Below are positions 1-9,358 of a stretch of 64,000 nucleotides of DNA, piece by piece (positions within the stretch are counted from its first letter, which is position 1; each line of letters opens with the position of its first letter). Below the pieces are notes generated by a model. That model did no database searches. It was not told the origin of the DNA and saw only the letters and a program-made list of their open reading frames with translations. The DNA is from Phenylobacterium sp. (GTDB lineage: Bacteria; Pseudomonadota; Alphaproteobacteria; Caulobacterales; Caulobacteraceae). A program made the position numbers and the translations under genes. The DNA is taken from contig NZ_JBIKNZ010000007.1 of assembly GCF_044358365.1 (NCBI RefSeq), positions 9,488-73,487 on the forward strand. Reading direction: 5' to 3'.

Positions 1-125
1 ATCGGTGACCGACAGCCGCAAATAGGACACGGTGCGGCCCAGACCGTCGATCAGGGGTGGCGCTTGCGGCGCGGCGATGTCGTCGTACGGCGTCATTCGA
101 ACGACAAGATAGGGGAAGCGGGCGC

Positions 126-740
126 TTGGCGACAGAGCCAGACTTAAACGACGGGTTCCATGCGGTGGTTCTGGCGGCCGGCTCGGCTACGCGGTTCGGC
201 GGCCGTAAGCTTTTGGCGGACTGGAACGGTGCGCCCTTGCTGCACGCCGCCCTGGAGATCGCACGGGCCGCGCCGGTAGATTCCCTGACCGTGATCACCG
301 GTGCAGACGCAGTCGAGGTCGCCGCCTGTGTACAGGCGTTTGATGCCTCGATCCGGCAGGTCCACGCTGCGGGATTCGCCGAGGGGATGGCCGCCTCGCT
401 CCGGGCCGGGATCGCCAGCCTGCCGAAAGACGCCAGGGGCGCCTTCGTGTTTCTGGGTGACATGCCGCGCGTGCCATCAAGCATACTGCCGCTGATGTCC
501 GAGGCGGTGCGCCTCGGAGCCGCCGCCGCCGCGCCGGTGTTTCTGGGACGGCGTGGAAACCCGGTCGTACTTGGCCGCGGTCTCTTTCCGGCTGTTGCTG
601 TGCTGGAAGGCGACTCCGGCGCCCGCAGCCTGCTTCAGACGCTGGGCGCGCGACTGGCGTTGATCGAAAGTCCCGACGACGGCGTCCTTTTCGATGTGGA
701 TAGGCCGGAGGATCTGCCGGGAAGGTCGCCTGGACCTTGA
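126..740 (+). CDS. Nucleotidyltransferase family protein (MocA-like molybdenum cofactor cytidylyltransferase)
   Basis: VVLAAGSATRFGGRKLL, LGDMP and GNPV motifs. TTG start at 126 follows a purine-rich AGGGGA stretch (ORF track starts at 57). Confidence 0.8.
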   Translation: MATEPDLNDGFHAVVLAAGSATRFGGRKLLADWNGAPLLHAALEIARAAPVDSLTVITGADAVEVAACVQAFDASIRQVHAAGFAEGMAASLRAGIASLPKDARGAFVFLGDMPRVPSSILPLMSEAVRLGAAAAAPVFLGRRGNPVVLGRGLFPAVAVLEGDSGARSLLQTLGARLALIESPDDGVLFDVDRPEDLPGRSPGP

Positions 741-889
741 TCTTGAGACGGGCTACGGGCGCGAGAACCACACACCTCAAGAACCCGTGTTCGCTGATTT
801 GACCTGTCCGATGGGTGAGGTGGCGCTCGAGATTGCCTCAGCCGGTCTGCCGCGCCATGCTGTCTGAAAGTGTTAGAACCGGAGAGCCC

Positions 890-1630
890 ATGGACGACGA
901 CATTCTTGTGTCCGAGATGCTGGGGGATGGCCTGGAACGGTTGACCCTCAATCGTCCGAACCGTCTCAACGCGCTGAACCAGCCGATGGCCGAGGCGTTG
1001 CTCGCGCATTTCGAATCCCGGCGGCGCGACGAGGACACCCGCGTCATCGTGATCCGCGGCGCGGGGCGGGCCTTTTCCTCGGGCGCCGATCTGAAGGCCA
1101 TGGGTCAGCCCGACGCCCTGCGTGACGGCCCCAGGGGCGACTGGGTGTTGCGTGATCTGATGAAGGCCATGCGCGCCTGCCCGCAGCCACTGATCGCCCT
1201 GGTCAAGGGCCCGGCCGCCGGCGGTGGGCTGACCCTGGCTCTGGCCTGTGACGTGATCGTCGCTGGAGAAAGTGCGGCCTTCCACTCGGCCTTCATCAAT
1301 ATTGGTCTGTCCGGCGCGGAACTGGGGGTGAGTTGGCGCCTGCAGCGCACCATCGGGGTTTCCCGTGCGCGCGAGATGCTGCTGACGGGCCGGCCCATCA
1401 ACGCCGTTGACGCACTTCGCCTGGGGCTGGTGTCGGCCACCGTGCCCGATGACGATCTTGACGCCCATGGTCTCGCGCTGGCCGCTGACATGCTGAAGGC
1501 GCGGCCTGATGCGCTGCGTCTGTCGAAGCGGAGCTTCGACGCCACACTTGACGCTGTCAGCCTCGACACCGCCATGGAGATCGAGGAGCGCGCCCAGATG
1601 CTGATGATTGCGCGCCGCGGGGCCGGCTGA
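890..1630 (+). CDS. Enoyl-CoA hydratase/isomerase (crotonase) family protein
   Basis: LTLNRPNRLNAL, AFSSGADL, GPAAGGGLTLALACD. GGAGAG RBS before ATG 890. Confidence 0.9.
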   Translation: MDDDILVSEMLGDGLERLTLNRPNRLNALNQPMAEALLAHFESRRRDEDTRVIVIRGAGRAFSSGADLKAMGQPDALRDGPRGDWVLRDLMKAMRACPQPLIALVKGPAAGGGLTLALACDVIVAGESAAFHSAFINIGLSGAELGVSWRLQRTIGVSRAREMLLTGRPINAVDALRLGLVSATVPDDDLDAHGLALAADMLKARPDALRLSKRSFDATLDAVSLDTAMEIEERAQMLMIARRGAG

Positions 1631-1671
1631 CGTCGGACACAAGCCCTCGCGTTCCTCGCGGGTTGCGAAGG

Positions 1672-3384
1672 TCAGGCGCCGAAGATCCAGTTTCCGGTGA
1701 GCGTGGTCAGCGAAACGCCAACCAGAACCATCTGGCCGCCGCCGGTCATGTTGATGACCGTGTCTTCGCCCACCTGGCTCGTGGTGAACTGGGTCCCGGG
1801 CCCAAGCTGCACCCGGTCGCCCGCGCTCAGGTTGAAGTCCAGGACCCGGTCGATCCCGGCGTCACCGAAGGTGTGAAAGATATCGGCGCCGCTACCGCCG
1901 GCCATGGTGTCGTCGCCCTTGTCGCCAGAAACGAAGTCGGCGCCGTCGCCGCCGGAGACCACGTCATTGTCCTGACCTCCGCGGATCGTATCGTTGCCCG
2001 CGCCACCGTCGCAGGTGTCGTTTCCGAGGTTGCCGTAGACCAGATTCTGTCCCGCGCCGCCGGACAGGCTGTCATTGTCCTTGCCGCCGACAGCCCAGGA
2101 ATCGCCTGTTCCGGCGACAACGGTATCATTGCCCATGTTGCCGTTGATGTCGTTGAAGCCGGAGCCACCCATCAACAGATCGTCGCCCTCGTCGCCGCGC
2201 AGATAGTTCGAAACCCCGCTGTCGTCCGTGATCGTGTCATTGCCGAGACCGCCGAAGATCCGATCATCGCCGGCGCCGCCCTCGAGGCTGTCATCGCCGG
2301 ATCCGCCGAACAGATTGTCGGCGCCGCCATTGCCGCGCAGGGTGTTGGCGAAGGCGTTGCCGATCATCAGGTCACCGCCGCTTCCCCCGCTGGCGGATTC
2401 GATGCGGGCGCCGTTGGCGATCACGTAGCCGCCCGGCTCCCGACGGTCGCCCTGCAGGAGCGATGAAAAGAAACCACCCGCAGAGCGCACGGGGTCGATG
2501 ATCTCGGACCTTGTGAAGGCCGACAGCCCCGCGAAGATAGAAGAGTTCAACACCACGTCGCCGATCACGTCGGCGAGGTCACCGATCAGGGCCGTCGTCA
2601 GCAGCGTGGCGGCGTTCAGGTTCAGCAGCGCTGCGGTGGTTCCGCCGTAGGATAGGGTGTCGGTCCCGGAGGTATCCCAGATGCAGATGTAGCCCCCGCC
2701 ATTCTGCATGGTCCCGTCCGAACCGTCGTCATCAAGGACAAAGCGGCTCAGCGAGTAACGGGTATCGCTGACATTGTTGGCGGCGGCGCCATAGTTGGCC
2801 TGAAGAACGGCGACATCCAGGGCCATGGGGGTGAGCGGCAAACCGCCGCCGACGTCGAAATCCCCCAGCGTGAACCAGTCGCTGGCCATGATCGTGTACT
2901 GGCTGAAATCGAGCTCGGGCGGGGTGCCGGTCGGGTGGCGAAGGCCAAGCGTGTGGCCGAGTTCGTGCAGAACAATCCAGATCTGCTGCTGATCTGAATA
3001 GGTCTCCCAGGTACCGACATTGAAGGCCAGAATTGGCGTGTTGCCTGGACGTGCCGCGATGCCCGCCGTGTTGGGCGAGTCGGGACGCGAAAAGTCACTG
3101 ACGAAGTAGTTTGCGTCCGCCGCATTGGTCAGTTCAAACGTGATGTTAGCGAAGCTGTGCAATATCTCAAATGAGCGACCCACCAGGCTCCACATGGAGT
3201 TGGTCAGGCCGATACCCTGGGTGACGTAGATCGTCGGCAGGGCGGCCGAAAAGGCGGATACCTCAGCCGGATTGTCTGGGTCGACCCGGTTGTAGCCGAT
3301 GGTTCCGGTCCAGCGGAAACCCGTGTCTATGGTGTCGAGAAGGGCGTTGCCGGTCGCCCGGGATGATGTGAAAGCGGCGGGCAT
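1672..3384 (-). CDS. Serralysin-like (M10) zinc metalloprotease with RTX calcium-binding repeats, probable type I secretion substrate
   Basis: HELGHTLGLRH (HExxHxxGxxH), Met-turn YTIMAS, about 16 GGxGxD-type nonapeptides, no N-terminal signal peptide. Confidence 0.9.
   Translation of the reverse strand: MPAAFTSSRATGNALLDTIDTGFRWTGTIGYNRVDPDNPAEVSAFSAALPTIYVTQGIGLTNSMWSLVGRSFEILHSFANITFELTNAADANYFVSDFSRPDSPNTAGIAARPGNTPILAFNVGTWETYSDQQQIWIVLHELGHTLGLRHPTGTPPELDFSQYTIMASDWFTLGDFDVGGGLPLTPMALDVAVLQANYGAAANNVSDTRYSLSRFVLDDDGSDGTMQNGGGYICIWDTSGTDTLSYGGTTAALLNLNAATLLTTALIGDLADVIGDVVLNSSIFAGLSAFTRSEIIDPVRSAGGFFSSLLQGDRREPGGYVIANGARIESASGGSGGDLMIGNAFANTLRGNGGADNLFGGSGDDSLEGGAGDDRIFGGLGNDTITDDSGVSNYLRGDEGDDLLMGGSGFNDINGNMGNDTVVAGTGDSWAVGGKDNDSLSGGAGQNLVYGNLGNDTCDGGAGNDTIRGGQDNDVVSGGDGADFVSGDKGDDTMAGGSGADIFHTFGDAGIDRVLDFNLSAGDRVQLGPGTQFTTSQVGEDTVINMTGGGQMVLVGVSLTTLTGNWIFGA
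1873..2388 (-). repeat. RTX/hemolysin-type GGxGxDxL nonapeptide repeat tract (about 16 units) inside the metalloprotease
   Basis: GGSGGDLMI, GNGGADNLF, GGSGDDSLE, GGAGDDRIF, GGLGNDTIT ... GGSGADIFH. Confidence 0.9.
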
Positions 3385-3562
3385 ACTCGACCTCAGGTGG
3401 CCGGCGCCGGCGACGCCGCTTTTCCAACCTTGCCGTGAACTTCGTTATCCCGCAAGCCAGGAGCGCATAGCGCGGAAAGATATCCGCGACGGAAATACTG
3501 GCGTGATGAATCGGCGCGAGGTTAGCCTGCAACAAAGCCAAGTCGCCAGGAAACGTGCCCAA

Positions 3563-4837
3563 ATGTCCAGATTCATCCGCAATCCATTCAAGACCCGGGC
3601 GGCGCAGATGCTGCTCGCCCTGGCGGTGCTCGGTCTGGCGCAGGGGCCGGCGGCGGCCCGGACCGTTGACCCGAAGGCCTCCTCCATCGTTCGGGCCGAC
3701 CCGGTGGCGCTGGGATTTGATCCGGCCAGGCTGGATGTGGCGCGCCAGGCGCTGGCGGCCGACGTGGCGTCGGGCAAGATCGCCGGCGCCTATCTGTTGG
3801 TGGGGCGGCGCGGCAAGGTGGCTTTCGAGCAGGGTTTCGGCGTTCAGGGCCCCGGCCAGACCACCCCGGTGAGCAACGAGACGATCTTCCGGGTGTTTTC
3901 CATGACCAAGCCGATCGTTTCGGTGACGGCCATGACCCTGGTGGAACAGGGCAAGCTGAGCGTGGACGATCCGGTTTCAAAGTATCTGCCGGAGTATGCG
4001 TCGCTGATGGTCTGGCAGGCTGACGGTACGCGCGTGCCGGCCGCGACGCCGATGCTTGTGCGGCATCTGATGAGCCACACCTCGGGTCTGATCTATGGGT
4101 TCATCCAGCCGAATGCGCCGATCTCGAAGGCGTGGGCGGCGGGTGGCGAGAACCGCAACGACCTGACGGCGCGCGAGTACGCCAGGCTGCTGGCGGGGCT
4201 GCCACTCAAGAGCGAGCCCGGCGCGGCCTTCAACTATTCACATTCCACCGACGTGCTGGGCGCAGTGGTCGAAGTGGCCGGCGGCAAACCGCTGGACGTG
4301 CTGGTCAGGGAACGGGTGACCGGGCCGCTGGGGATGACCGACACCCTGTTCTGGCAACCGGAAGCCGGGCGGGCGCGATTTGCCGAGCCGAAGAACAACC
4401 AGCCAGGCGTCTATTTTGACTACGCCAGACCCACGCCCTACCTGTCGGGCGGTGGCGGGATGTCGTCGACCACGGAGGACTATCTGCGCTTCGTGCTGAT
4501 GCTGGCCGGTAACGGTGAGTACAAGGGCGTGCGCATCCTGAAACCTGCGACCCTCTTGCGGATGCGCCAGGATGAGACCACGCCGGAGATCCGCCGTGCA
4601 GGCCTGTTCTTCCCCGGCCCCGGCATGGGGTTTGGGCTGGGTTTCAGCCTGGTGCAGGACGAGAAGGTACAGCGGCCGGGGGCGGGCACGTTTTCCTGGT
4701 GGGGCATTGCGGGGACCGAGTTCTGGGTCGACCCCAAGAACGAGGTGTTCATGGTGTTCATGGTCCAAGCCCGCGAATTTGCGCAGGAATACCAGCGCAA
4801 GAACCGCGCGTGGATCTATGACGCCCTGGTGAAGTAG
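3563..4837 (+). CDS. Exported serine hydrolase, beta-lactamase/class C esterase family
   Basis: SMTK (SxxK), FNYSHS, LxxxPG, WWGIAGT. Sec-type signal ending AAA. Confidence 0.85.
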   Translation: MSRFIRNPFKTRAAQMLLALAVLGLAQGPAAARTVDPKASSIVRADPVALGFDPARLDVARQALAADVASGKIAGAYLLVGRRGKVAFEQGFGVQGPGQTTPVSNETIFRVFSMTKPIVSVTAMTLVEQGKLSVDDPVSKYLPEYASLMVWQADGTRVPAATPMLVRHLMSHTSGLIYGFIQPNAPISKAWAAGGENRNDLTAREYARLLAGLPLKSEPGAAFNYSHSTDVLGAVVEVAGGKPLDVLVRERVTGPLGMTDTLFWQPEAGRARFAEPKNNQPGVYFDYARPTPYLSGGGGMSSTTEDYLRFVLMLAGNGEYKGVRILKPATLLRMRQDETTPEIRRAGLFFPGPGMGFGLGFSLVQDEKVQRPGAGTFSWWGIAGTEFWVDPKNEVFMVFMVQAREFAQEYQRKNRAWIYDALVK

Positions 4838-4864
4838 GCTGTTCGACCATTCGGGAGACCGCTC

Positions 4865-5254
4865 ATGACCCTGCCCGCGCTGGACGGCTGGTACGCCTAC
4901 ATGGCGTCACACGACAAGACCGCGCTCTGGGACCTGCTGGACCCGGACGCGGTGTTCGAAAGCCCGGTGGTGCATACCCCGCAGCGGGGCCGTGAGATCG
5001 CGTTCAAGTATCTGAGTGGCGCTGACCAGGTACTGGGCGGGCCGGAGTTTCGCTACACCGGCGAATGGCGGAATGCCGGCGGCGCCATCCTGGAGTTCGA
5101 GACCGAGGTCGAGGGTATCCGGATCAACGGTATCGATATGCTGGCCTTCAGCGACGACGGCCAGCGGATCGTGAACTTCAAGGTGATGATCCGACCGTTG
5201 AAGGCGATCAACCTTCTGCACCGCCTGATGGGCGAACAACTGGCCAAGGCCTGA
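4865..5254 (+). CDS. NTF2/SnoaL-like family protein
   Basis: 129 aa; LLDPDAVFESPV, INGIDML, FKVMIRPL. GGAGA RBS. Confidence 0.8.
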   Translation: MTLPALDGWYAYMASHDKTALWDLLDPDAVFESPVVHTPQRGREIAFKYLSGADQVLGGPEFRYTGEWRNAGGAILEFETEVEGIRINGIDMLAFSDDGQRIVNFKVMIRPLKAINLLHRLMGEQLAKA

Positions 5255-5256
5255 GC

Positions 5257-5793
5257 GTGAAACTCGCACCTCTGACCTGTCACCCGAATACGCCCTCGAT
5301 CATCACGGCTGTCGAGGTCGAGATGGGGCGCCCCCAGCCGGCGGTGCTGGCCTTGCGATACAGGGTGACCGATCCGAAGCGCGCGCTGGTGATCCCGCCG
5401 GCTGCGGTCGGTGAACGCCGGGACGATCTCTGGAAACGCACCTGTTTCGAGGCCTTTATCTGCATTCCAGGCGGTGAGGCCTACTACGAGTTGAACCTGT
5501 CGCCCTCAGCCCATTGGGCGGCTTACCGGTTCGATAGCTTCCGCGCCGGCATGGCCGACGCAGATGGGATCATCTCGCCGCGGCTGGATTGGCTGAAGGC
5601 GGACAATGGCTTTGAACTCAGAACACTGACCGACCTGTCGGGCATGGCGGGATTACCGCTCGATGCGCCCTGGCGGATCGGCCTCACCGCAGTGATCGAG
5701 GATGGCCCGGACCAGCTATCCTATTGGGCCCTGACCCACCCGCCCGGCGTGCAGGACTTCCACAATGCCGAAGGCTGGACCGCCGAAGTCTGA
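5257..5793 (+). CDS. DOMON-like domain protein (no signal peptide)
   Basis: LWKRTCFEAF, YYELNLSPS, SYWALTHP..DFH. GTG start 2 nt after the upstream stop. Confidence 0.7.
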   Translation: MKLAPLTCHPNTPSIITAVEVEMGRPQPAVLALRYRVTDPKRALVIPPAAVGERRDDLWKRTCFEAFICIPGGEAYYELNLSPSAHWAAYRFDSFRAGMADADGIISPRLDWLKADNGFELRTLTDLSGMAGLPLDAPWRIGLTAVIEDGPDQLSYWALTHPPGVQDFHNAEGWTAEV

Positions 5794-5799
5794 CTCGAC

Positions 5800-5997
5800 C
5801 TATTTCCGCATCGAGCTGTCGCCACGGCGGGCCTGGCTGTTCAGCAGTTTGAGCATGTGCTGGGCGTCGTCTTCCGACAGGGTGGTCTGGGCGACGCCGC
5901 CGGCCAGGGCGGGCTTTCCGGTCCAGATCTCAACCACGGTCCACCCTGCTGCGTCGGGGCGAAGGGCGAAGCGATCTTTCTTGCGTTCGTCAGGCAT
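5800..5997 (-). CDS. Small hypothetical protein (65 aa)
   Basis: MPDERKKDRFALRPDAAGWTVVEIWTGKP...; fills the gap between flanking genes and has host-like codon usage. Confidence 0.55.
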   Translation of the reverse strand: MPDERKKDRFALRPDAAGWTVVEIWTGKPALAGGVAQTTLSEDDAQHMLKLLNSQARRGDSSMRK

Positions 5998-6123
5998 GGC
6001 CGCAACTTGCCCGATCCAGTGGGAGCTTTCAAAGCAGCAAACTCTATTTGAGCAAAAAGAGGGTGGTGCTACGGGGCCGATCTTCTGGAAGAGTAGAGGG
6101 CAAAGCGACAAGGGAGCAGACGA

Positions 6124-7551
6124 ATGAGCCTACCCGACTATGCGGACCATGACGGCCTGGGCCTGGCCAGCCTGGTGGCCAGGGGTGAGGTTTCTCCGGT
6201 CGAACTGGTGGAGGCGGCCATCGAGAGAATCGAGCGCCACAACGGCGTGCTGAATGCGGTGGTGCACAAGGCCTATGACGAGGCCCGCGCCACGGCCGCT
6301 GGCGATCTCCCCAATGGGCCGTTCAAGGGCGTGCCGTTCCTGATCAAGGATCTGGGGGCCCAGGTCAAAGGCTGGCCACGCACCTCGGGCAGCCGGTTCG
6401 CCCGGGTGGCTGCGGATGCTGACGACAGCGAGCTGGTGCGGCGCTATCGACAGTCCGGTGTGGTGTTGCTTGGCAAGAGCAATACGCCGGAGTTCGGTAT
6501 CCCGGGCGTGACCAATTCAGACCAGCTCGGCGCCTGCGGTAATCCCTGGAACCCGGAGCATATCAGCGGCGGTTCGTCCGGTGGCGCGGCCTCGGCGACG
6601 GCAGCGGGGATTGTGCCGCTGGCGCACGCCAGCGACGGCCTCGGTTCGATCCGTATCCCGGCGGCGTGCTGTGGTCTGGTGGGCATGAAGATCACGCGGG
6701 ACCGCACGCCGATCTGCGAGGTTTCGGACGGCGCCCTCGGGTTCTCGGTGCACCATGTGGTGAGCCGCACGGTGCGCGACAGCGCTGCGATGCTTGACGC
6801 CACGGGCTATGTGCAGTCGGGCGACCCCTTCCAGGCGCCGGCGAAGGATGGCCCCTATCTCGACGAGGTGTCGCGCAGTCCGGGCAAGCTGCGGATCGCC
6901 TGGTCCGCGGAAACCCCCAGCGGGCGGCCGATCCCCGATGAGATGATGGGCGCGTTGCTGAAGACGGTGGAGGCGCTGAAGGCGCTGGGTCATGAGGTGT
7001 TCGAGCGGGGGCTCGGCATCGACTACCGACTGCTGTTCAAGGCCCAGGGACTGGCCAGCGCATCCAACTTCTCGGCCAATGTGCGCCGCTGGGTGGAGGC
7101 GCTGGGCCGCGAGCCGGGGGATGACGAACTGGGCCCGCTGGCCCGCCGCGGATATGAGGCCGGCAAACGGGTAACCGGCCAGCAGGCGTTCTGGGGCTTT
7201 CAGCAGCTGCGCCTGATGAACCGCCAGATGCTGGCGGCCTGGGATCACTTCGACGTTTATCTGACCCCGGTGATGAGCACCCCGGCGCCCCGGCTGGACT
7301 GGTTGAATCCGCTGATGGACGACACCAAGGAGTTCGACAAGCGCCAGGCCGCCACCTACGCCACCACCCCGCCCGCCAATTTCATTGGGCAACCCTCGAT
7401 GTCGCTGCCGCTCTGGCAGTCTGGGAACGGCCTGCCGATCGGCATGATGTTCACCGGCCGGTTCGCCGATGAAGCCACGCTCTACCGACTGGCCGGACAA
7501 CTGGAAAAGGAACTGCCCTGGAAGGACCGCCGTCCGCCGATCTGGAACTAG
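6124..7551 (+). CDS. Amidase signature family enzyme
   Basis: GVPFLIKD, GGSSGGAA, ASDGLGSIRIPA (Ser-cisSer-Lys triad). Confidence 0.92.
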   Translation: MSLPDYADHDGLGLASLVARGEVSPVELVEAAIERIERHNGVLNAVVHKAYDEARATAAGDLPNGPFKGVPFLIKDLGAQVKGWPRTSGSRFARVAADADDSELVRRYRQSGVVLLGKSNTPEFGIPGVTNSDQLGACGNPWNPEHISGGSSGGAASATAAGIVPLAHASDGLGSIRIPAACCGLVGMKITRDRTPICEVSDGALGFSVHHVVSRTVRDSAAMLDATGYVQSGDPFQAPAKDGPYLDEVSRSPGKLRIAWSAETPSGRPIPDEMMGALLKTVEALKALGHEVFERGLGIDYRLLFKAQGLASASNFSANVRRWVEALGREPGDDELGPLARRGYEAGKRVTGQQAFWGFQQLRLMNRQMLAAWDHFDVYLTPVMSTPAPRLDWLNPLMDDTKEFDKRQAATYATTPPANFIGQPSMSLPLWQSGNGLPIGMMFTGRFADEATLYRLAGQLEKELPWKDRRPPIWN

Positions 7552-7660
7552 GCAGGCCGAATCGGTCGGCGCGGCCAAGGCCACCTGTTCGGTCGGTGGA
7601 CCTCTTGCGGTCCGGGGCGCTATCGTCGCGGACGCCCGAAAGAGGCGAGGGGGAATCACG

Positions 7661-9358
7661 ATGCGCAGCTTTGATGCCGATCCGTCGGTAACGGTCGAAG
7701 ACAGCCGGGGCCAGAGGGTGCACCGTCGCGCCCTGGAACAGTCCGCACGGATGGTGCGGCGGCTATACGATGTGGCGCCCGGGGTCTGGACGCTGGTGGG
7801 CAACGGCCTGTCAAACCAGACCTTTATCGAAGGCCCTGAGGGTGTGATCGCCATCGATACCGGCGAGAGCAACGAGGAGATGGCCTCGGCGCTGGCCGAG
7901 CTTCGGACCCGTACCCAGGCGCCGATGGTGGCGGTGATGTACACGCACTTCCACTATGTGAACGGCACGCGCGCGATCTTCGCCGAGGCCGGCCGTGACC
8001 TGCCCGTCTATGGCCACGAACGCATTCCCCTGAACCTGGCCCGTGTCTCCACCGAGATCGCTCCGGCCTATTCCAGCGGTCTGATTCATCAGTTCGGCTT
8101 GCGGTTGCCGGCCGAGGGGCCGGACGGCGTGGTCAACATGGGGCTGGGTCTGGTGTTCCGCGATCCGTCCCACGCACCGTTCACGCCAGGTCATGTGACG
8201 CCTACCGCGACGTTCCGGGGCGGTGAAACACTGACGATCGCCGGTCTTATGGTCGAGGTCGCCCACGCCCCGTCGGACGCCGACGATTCCGTGACCTTCT
8301 GGTTTCCGGCGCTCGGGGTCTGCGTGCAGAACATCGTCTGGCCCACACTGTTCAACATCTTCGCCATCCGCGGGGAGGAGTATCGAGACCCGCAGGTGTT
8401 GTTGCCGGGCATCGACCATGTGCTCAGCCTGGAGGCCGAGCATCTGCTAGGCGCACATGGACCGCCGCTGTCCGGGAAGGCCGAGATCAAGGCGCGGACT
8501 ACGCGCTATCGCGACTCCATCCAGTTCCTCTGGGACCAGACAGTACGCGGCATGAACAAGGGCCAGACCACCGATCATCTGGCCCATTCCATCGTGCTTC
8601 CGCCGGCGTGCGACGACGACTACCTGACGACGGAATTCTACGGCGTGGCCGAGCACCATGTCCGCCAGATCGCCGCTGGCGTTCGCGGCTGGTTTGACGG
8701 CGATCCGGGGGGACTGTTCAAGGTCGAGCCGACGGAGCGCGCCGGGCGGATGGTCGCGGGCTTTGGCGGTGCGGAGACCGTGCGTAATCTGGTCGATGAA
8801 GCCCGGACTGCAAACGACCTGCGATGGGCGCTGGAGTTGTCCAGCTGGCTGGCCGCGCGAGCCGGGGCGACGGCCGGGGACCGGCAGCTTCTGGCCGATG
8901 TGCTGCGGGACATCGCCAGTCGAACCACTGCGGCCAATATCCGCAACTGGTGTCTGACCAGGGCCCGCGATATCGACGGGTCGACTGACCTTTCGCGCCT
9001 GCGGGAGCACCGGTTCCGCGCTGGTCAACTGGCCCGGCTGACGCCCCGCGAAGCGCTCAACCTGATCCGGGTAACCCTGGACCCGGCTCCCGCGGCGGGT
9101 CTTGATCACCATATCGGCTTCCATTTCAGCGACGCGCCGGCGGCGGGTCTGCATATCCGTAACAGCGTGTCTGTGGCCACAGACGGTGTCGGCGCGACCT
9201 CAACCTTGTCCATGTCCTACAGCGACCTGACGAGTGTCATCTCCGGGGCATCAACCCTCGCGGAGGCCCTGGCGGCGGGCGCAGCGACTATTGACGGGGA
9301 CGCCGCGGCGGTACGCGCCGCGCTGGCCTGCTTCGAAATCTCCGGCTTCAGGGCTTAG
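7661..9358 (+). CDS. Alkyl sulfatase (SdsA1/BDS1)-fold protein: MBL domain, dimerisation domain, SCP2-like C-terminus; metal motif degenerate
   Basis: GLSNQTFIEG, IDTG, IRGEEYRD, GAHG, YGVAEHH, GWFDGDP. GGGGGAA RBS before ATG 7661. Confidence 0.8.
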   Translation: MRSFDADPSVTVEDSRGQRVHRRALEQSARMVRRLYDVAPGVWTLVGNGLSNQTFIEGPEGVIAIDTGESNEEMASALAELRTRTQAPMVAVMYTHFHYVNGTRAIFAEAGRDLPVYGHERIPLNLARVSTEIAPAYSSGLIHQFGLRLPAEGPDGVVNMGLGLVFRDPSHAPFTPGHVTPTATFRGGETLTIAGLMVEVAHAPSDADDSVTFWFPALGVCVQNIVWPTLFNIFAIRGEEYRDPQVLLPGIDHVLSLEAEHLLGAHGPPLSGKAEIKARTTRYRDSIQFLWDQTVRGMNKGQTTDHLAHSIVLPPACDDDYLTTEFYGVAEHHVRQIAAGVRGWFDGDPGGLFKVEPTERAGRMVAGFGGAETVRNLVDEARTANDLRWALELSSWLAARAGATAGDRQLLADVLRDIASRTTAANIRNWCLTRARDIDGSTDLSRLREHRFRAGQLARLTPREALNLIRVTLDPAPAAGLDHHIGFHFSDAPAAGLHIRNSVSVATDGVGATSTLSMSYSDLTSVISGASTLAEALAAGAATIDGDAAAVRAALACFEISGFRA

